Positions 59,366 to 64,000 of a stretch of DNA of 64,000 bases are shown one piece after another. How positions within the stretch are numbered: the stretch's first letter is position 1; every line of letters starts with the position of its first letter. Source of the stretch: Candidatus Enterousia sp. (GTDB taxonomy: Bacteria; Pseudomonadota; Alphaproteobacteria; Rs-D84); assembly GCA_045133095.1 (NCBI GenBank), contig JBGUTP010000016.1:76758-140757 (forward strand), in the 5' to 3' direction. The notes beneath the pieces were generated by a model, which saw only the letters and a list, made by a program, of their open reading frames with translations, did no database searches and was not told where the DNA came from. Made by a program: the position numbers and the translations under genes.

Positions 59366-61862
59366 AAATATTTTTTGTGCAACAAATCCCGCAAAAATGG
59401 CAGATGCACTGTGGCAGGTTATGGTGCAGTCGGGCGCGAATGTGGCAGATATGCTGATTTTTCTGCCCAGTCGGCGTGCTGTGCGCAGCGTGGAAAAAAT
59501 GATTGTGGAAAAATCAGGGGGGGCTGCGATTTTGCCACGATTGGTTGCATTGGGGGAAGGGGCAGATGAAGAAAAAGATTTAGATTGCAATGATGATGAA
59601 AATGTAATTTCTAATACAGAAAGAATAGTGGTGTTGGCGCGACTGTTGGCGGCGGACGCAAGTGTGGGTGGGTTGTCTGTGGCGTTGGGGGTGGCGCGCG
59701 ATTTGGTGCGTATGCAAGATTATCTTGAAAACGAAGGAATTAATGCAAAAAATATCGATTGGGAAAAAATTGTCGATGAAAAATATGCAGCGCACTTTCA
59801 AAGTAAGGCAAAAATATTAAAGATTTTATCCGATTTTATGCCAATGTATGCAAATGGCAGAATAACTGCCACCGCGGCAAGAAATCGTGATATAAGGGCG
59901 TGGCGTAATCAGTTGAATAACTATGCGCTGGTTATAGTGTGTGCGTCAACTGCCAGTGTGCCGGCAACTGCTGATTTAATGCAGGCGATTGCAGAATTGC
60001 CGCATGGGCGAATTATTTTGTCCGGGAAAATAAGTGGCAGGGTTTCTGATTTTGAACTAAATACCAATCCGTACAATTCAGAATATAAGTTTTTAACCAG
60101 GTTGGAACTGGGGGCGGATGATGTTGTTCCAATAGATGTGGGGGCGTCTGTTATTGATTTTTTGAATTTTTCGTTCGGAAATGATTGTGATATGGCGCAG
60201 ACCGGGGGACGGATTGATAATTGCAAATTGATAGAATGTAAAAGTGAAGCAATAGAAGCAAATGCCGTCGCAGAAATTGCACAAAGGGCGATAGATGAAA
60301 ATAAGTCTGTGTTGGTAATAACGCCTGATGCCGCCGGAAATCAACGTATAGCGGCGGCGTTGGCATTAAGAAAAATTGATGCGGATTTTTCTGGTGGCGT
60401 TTCGGGGGCAATGACAAATACTGGGCGGGCAATATTAAATCTGATTGATGGATGGATTGAAAAATCAAATTCTGAGTTCGATGATATTTATGCCGCACAA
60501 GGTGGTGATTTGTTTAATACGCTTGGTGTGATTGTCGATAAATACGCAGATAGATTTGTGCCGGAATTTGATATTTATGCCCCAGAAAGCCGACAAATAT
60601 GGGTCGCAATTAAGGAAGTGTCAGATGCGCTTAATGCCGCAGGTGTCAGGTTGAATTTAACCGAGGCACGTGTCTTCATAGCGGATGCTGTTGCCGGGGT
60701 TTCTGTGCGTGGGCAGATGAATGACAGTGCCAAGGTCGTTGTGTTGGGAACAATTGAATCGCGTATGCAAACCGCAGATGTTGTAATATTGACAGGATTG
60801 AACGAAGGAATGTTCCCCGCACGCGGCTATGAAAATGCGTGGTTGCCACGTGCATTGGCGGATAAAATAGGATTGCCGTCACCAGACAGAAAGGTGTCTT
60901 TGCAGGCGTTGGACTTTATGAATTTGTCGTGTGGGGCGGATGTCTATTGGTTGCGCAGTTTGGTTTCAGGTGGTGTGCAGACAACCGAATCTCGCTTTTT
61001 ATCACGTGTTGTTGCGCGACGTGGGGTCATTAATCGTGATGTGGCGCGTTCTGTTTTGGGGGCAATAGAAGAACGTGATAACGTACCGTCAAAACCGCTG
61101 CAAAATTTGCCAGCCGTGGCGGGAAATGATTATTCAGATGTCTATGTGACGGAATTGGAATTGCTGATACATAATCCATACGCGTTTTATGTGCGACATA
61201 TTTTGCGATTGAACGTGTTAAAGGATTATTGGGAATTGCCAGATGCGCGTGACTTTGGAACCTTGGTTCATAAAACCATAGAAGAAGCCAAAAGTTGGAA
61301 TGAAAATGAATTAGTGGCAGATATGGACCGGCGGGCGTTGGAAATCTTGGGGCAGGGAAGTGTGATTTTCCATTTCTGGCATAAGAGATTTGTCGAAATT
61401 GCCCCAGTGATAGTAAAAGAATTTTCACAACTGATTGATTCAAGCCCGGAAATAGAAGGGGCGGTTAATATCGCAGGACGAAATGTGCGTGCAAAAGCAG
61501 ACCGGGTTTGGGATGGCGGTGTTTTGGATATCAAAACAGGCGAGGCGCCGTCAAAGTCGCAACTGAAAGATGGCAATATGCCACAATTGCCATTAGAAGC
61601 GTTTATATTACAGCAAGGCGGATTTCCAATTCAGACAACGCAATTGTCGCGTACGCCGGTTATGCGCTTTTTGCAATTGAAAAATAATGACGCGCGCATT
61701 GTAAAATTTGACCAAAATCAGACCCAAGATTATATTCGTGCCGCCGTTGATAAGGTTACCTCCTTGTTCAACATTTATTCCGCAGGTGACGCAGAATATA
61801 AATATCACGAGACAAGCGACCAGAAATATAAACAGTATGATGACCTGGCGCGTGTTAAATAA
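59352..61862 (+). CDS. addB: AddB-like PD-(D/E)XK nuclease (inactivated-helicase N-domain + RecB nuclease C-domain)
   Basis: The C-terminal motifs GRNVRAKADRVW...LDIKTG and FGTLVHKTIEE are typical of the RecB-family nuclease domain. I see no Walker A motif, which is consistent with alphaproteobacterial AddB. Confidence 0.55.
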   Translation: MASNKNIFCATNPAKMADALWQVMVQSGANVADMLIFLPSRRAVRSVEKMIVEKSGGAAILPRLVALGEGADEEKDLDCNDDENVISNTERIVVLARLLAADASVGGLSVALGVARDLVRMQDYLENEGINAKNIDWEKIVDEKYAAHFQSKAKILKILSDFMPMYANGRITATAARNRDIRAWRNQLNNYALVIVCASTASVPATADLMQAIAELPHGRIILSGKISGRVSDFELNTNPYNSEYKFLTRLELGADDVVPIDVGASVIDFLNFSFGNDCDMAQTGGRIDNCKLIECKSEAIEANAVAEIAQRAIDENKSVLVITPDAAGNQRIAAALALRKIDADFSGGVSGAMTNTGRAILNLIDGWIEKSNSEFDDIYAAQGGDLFNTLGVIVDKYADRFVPEFDIYAPESRQIWVAIKEVSDALNAAGVRLNLTEARVFIADAVAGVSVRGQMNDSAKVVVLGTIESRMQTADVVILTGLNEGMFPARGYENAWLPRALADKIGLPSPDRKVSLQALDFMNLSCGADVYWLRSLVSGGVQTTESRFLSRVVARRGVINRDVARSVLGAIEERDNVPSKPLQNLPAVAGNDYSDVYVTELELLIHNPYAFYVRHILRLNVLKDYWELPDARDFGTLVHKTIEEAKSWNENELVADMDRRALEILGQGSVIFHFWHKRFVEIAPVIVKEFSQLIDSSPEIEGAVNIAGRNVRAKADRVWDGGVLDIKTGEAPSKSQLKDGNMPQLPLEAFILQQGGFPIQTTQLSRTPVMRFLQLKNNDARIVKFDQNQTQDYIRAAVDKVTSLFNIYSAGDAEYKYHETSDQKYKQYDDLARVK

Positions 61863-62060
61863 AATCTAATGGCGTATCTACGGGCGGGGGCGACAACTCA
61901 TGTAGCGTTAGTACACTACGTTGTCGCCCCCATCCCGTATTTGCACCATTATCTTTCATTTAATAAAATCTAATGGCGTGTCTGTGGGTGGGTGTGATAA
62001 CTCATGCGGCGTTAGTACACTACGTTGTTGTCCCCATATTCGTATCTGCACCATTATCTT
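61861..62060. repeat. Two tandem copies of the roughly 95-bp REP/MITE-like palindromic element
   Basis: Copy A has a perfect 12-bp stem GGGGGCGACAAC..GTTGTCGCCCCC. Copy B is mutated (GGGTGTGATAAC..GTTGTTGTCCCC). Flanks are aaatctaatggcg...gcaccattatcttt. Copy A starts at the addB-like stop codon. Confidence 0.8.
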
Positions 62061-62084
62061 TTATAATGCACTGCAAAGGTGGGG

Positions 62085-62855
62085 TTATTTTAATTCCAGC
62101 ATTAATCCACAATGGTCGGTGGGTTTGTTGGCAAGGCGTGGTTCGATATCTATTTCACAATTCTTTATCATTTGTGCCGCGGTTTTATTACACAGAAAAT
62201 AATCCAGACGCAGGCCTTGTTTGTTGCCGACGGTGTCACGGCCACGGTATCCGTACCATGTGTAACCAATGTCGTCTGGGTGTAGGGTGCGCCATGCGTC
62301 CACCCAGCCAGCATTCAGCCATTCGTTCATTATCGCGCGCGCCGCCGGGGCAGAGATGGCGATGCCTTCGTAATTTTTTGGTTTCCAGATGTCACGGTCT
62401 TCAATAGCGACGTTAAAATCACCACCTATGATGACAGGTTCTGGGGAATCTAGGTGTTGGGATATATAGTCCGTGAATGCGCGCATCCATTCCAATTTAT
62501 ATGGGAATTTTGGAGATTCAACGGTGTCGCCATTGGGCATGTACGTGTTAATCAGGCGTACGCGACCGTCAACAACACATTCCAAAAAGCGGGCGTTGGG
62601 GTCGGCGTAATTCGGCATGCCAAGGGTGGTGTCTTCAATTGAAAATTTAGAGAAGGTCGCAACGCCATTCCAGGATTTTTGACCAAAAACCTTTACGTTA
62701 TAGCCAAATTCATCAAAAATCATGTGCGGAAAGTTGGCGGTTTCAACCTTTAGTTCTTGGACCATGATTGTGTCGTATTCGCCGCGGCGTAAGATGTCAA
62801 TGAAACTTTCAATATGGGCGCGAATGGAATTTATGTTCAACGTTAAGATTTTCAT
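62085..62855 (-). CDS. xth: Exodeoxyribonuclease III
   Basis: MKILTLNINSIRAH, the catalytic motifs of the EEP family and a C-terminal DHCGL. The start has AAAGGAAAG as SD. Confidence 0.9.
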   Translation of the reverse strand: MKILTLNINSIRAHIESFIDILRRGEYDTIMVQELKVETANFPHMIFDEFGYNVKVFGQKSWNGVATFSKFSIEDTTLGMPNYADPNARFLECVVDGRVRLINTYMPNGDTVESPKFPYKLEWMRAFTDYISQHLDSPEPVIIGGDFNVAIEDRDIWKPKNYEGIAISAPAARAIMNEWLNAGWVDAWRTLHPDDIGYTWYGYRGRDTVGNKQGLRLDYFLCNKTAAQMIKNCEIDIEPRLANKPTDHCGLMLELK

Positions 62856-62925
62856 ATTTGCTTTCCTTTTTTTCATGAGTATAATATCCGTGTCCAATAT
62901 AAAAAACAACAAGGAATTTTATAAC

Positions 62926-63999
62926 ATGAATATGTATCAGTTATTGGAACGTACCGCACAAACATGGCCAGATAATTTGTATCTGGTGCGCGAAAACGTT
63001 TCGTATAAAGATTTTATCAATTTGGTTAAAGCACGTGCGGCATCACTGGATAAAGCAGGTGTTAAAAAGGGTGATGTGGTTGGTGTTTTGTCGCACAATA
63101 TCCCAGAATTTCCAATCACAATGTTTGCAATTTGGTATCTGGGGGGGACGGTGCTGTTGCTGGATACTAATTTAACGCCGTTTGAATATGACAATATGAC
63201 CACAACAACAAACTGTAAATTGGTTTGTGCGGAAAAGTCTTTTGTGTATAAAACAGATAAATTTAAATTCTATGATATTACAAAAAAAGATGGCAAGGTT
63301 AATCCGGATTTAAAGCCAGCGGCGGTTGAATCATTGGATGTGGCGACTATGTCATTTACATCTGGGTCAACAGGGGTGCCAAAGGTTGTGCCGTTGACGC
63401 ACTTTAATTTGATTGAATGCGCAAATTCTTTGGAAGATATGGCAGGATGGATTAGACCAGGTGATTTCTTGTATGGATTTTTGCCAATGTACCATGTGTT
63501 CGGTTTCGCAGTAGAAGTTTTGGCAACGCTTCATTATGGGGCAGGGGTTTTATTACAACCAACAATTAATCCAAAAGAAATTATGGCGGACTTTAAAAAG
63601 TTCCGTCCACAAATTATCCCGGCGGTTCCGCGCTTGTGGGAAGTGTTCCGTAACAAAATTATCGACAATGTCAAAGCACAGAAAAAATGGTGGTTGGTAT
63701 CGTTTGTGCTGAAATATGGCAAGTTGTTGCAGAAAATCGGTCTGGGCGCATTTGTGCGCAAAGTGCAAAAGCCAATTCTGGATGTCTTTGGTGGACGGGC
63801 GCGTTTGTTAATTGCAGGGGGTGCCGCAACCAAGCCAGAAGTAGAAACTTTCTATGAACGTTTGGGACTGACCTTTATTCAGGGGTATGGTTTGACGGAA
63901 ACAGTTGGACCAATCTGTATTTCAAAGCCGACAAAACGTCGTTTCCCATTTGCGTTCGGTGGCCCAACAGTGAACAACGAATGTGAAATTCGTGATAAA
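62926..63999 (+). CDS. Long-chain fatty acid--CoA ligase (AMP-binding), 3'-truncated by window
   Basis: AMP-binding motif SFTSGSTGVPKVV, GYGLTE and an open frame to the window end. AAGGA is present as SD. Confidence 0.75.
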   Translation, partial: MNMYQLLERTAQTWPDNLYLVRENVSYKDFINLVKARAASLDKAGVKKGDVVGVLSHNIPEFPITMFAIWYLGGTVLLLDTNLTPFEYDNMTTTTNCKLVCAEKSFVYKTDKFKFYDITKKDGKVNPDLKPAAVESLDVATMSFTSGSTGVPKVVPLTHFNLIECANSLEDMAGWIRPGDFLYGFLPMYHVFGFAVEVLATLHYGAGVLLQPTINPKEIMADFKKFRPQIIPAVPRLWEVFRNKIIDNVKAQKKWWLVSFVLKYGKLLQKIGLGAFVRKVQKPILDVFGGRARLLIAGGAATKPEVETFYERLGLTFIQGYGLTETVGPICISKPTKRRFPFAFGGPTVNNECEIRDK

Positions 64000-64000
64000 A

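Overview
This window is AT-rich bacterial chromosome (about 40% GC). Synteny and protein types point to an alphaproteobacterium: an SspB-alpha-like ClpX adaptor, a Cys-less type-B L36 and an AddB-like nuclease. Dense housekeeping genes include a partial nth, a tolC/MFP pair, recF, sspB, pheST, rplT and rpmI. They continue with mreCD-mrdA-rodA, topA, dnaG, ychF, rpmJ, lpxK, lpxC, gyrB, ung, recA, typA, serS, trxB, rsmI, engB, an addB-like nuclease, xth and an acyl-CoA ligase. Five tRNAs are present: Cys-GCA, initiator fMet-CAT, Met/Ile2-CAT, Gly-TCC and Tyr-GTA. Three accessory blocks interrupt this backbone.

Block 1 (19.2-25.6 kb) looks like a conjugative-element remnant. It has an iteron/DnaA-box-like motif array, virB3/trbD-virB4/trbE, a small secreted HExxH protein, an OM beta-barrel and a 561-aa coiled-coil protein. 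It ends at tRNA-fMet, which carries decayed tandem copies of its own 3' half.

Block 2 (29.0-33.7 kb) is a four-gene module transcribed from a strong extended -10 promoter and wedged next to lpxK-lpxC. It encodes a bitopic membrane protein, a PilP-like coiled-coil periplasmic protein, a GspE/PilB/TcpT-family zinc-finger ATPase and a GspF/PilC/TcpE-like platform protein. I see no pilin, prepilin peptidase or secretin in cis. This is the best candidate for an unusual secretion or pilus-like system.

Block 3 (45.4-50.9 kb) is a polysaccharide cluster between recA and typA. It holds a GT32-like enzyme, two GT2 enzymes, a Stealth-family hexose-phosphate transferase, a GT-A enzyme and an RgpF-like protein.

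A family of roughly 90-bp palindromic REP/MITE-like elements recurs at several intergenic sites and overlaps two stop codons. A small two-gene cassette flanked by 29-bp direct repeats sits next to tRNA-Met, which has a duplicated 3' end.

All calls rest on reading the supplied translations and the DNA by eye; no searches were run.
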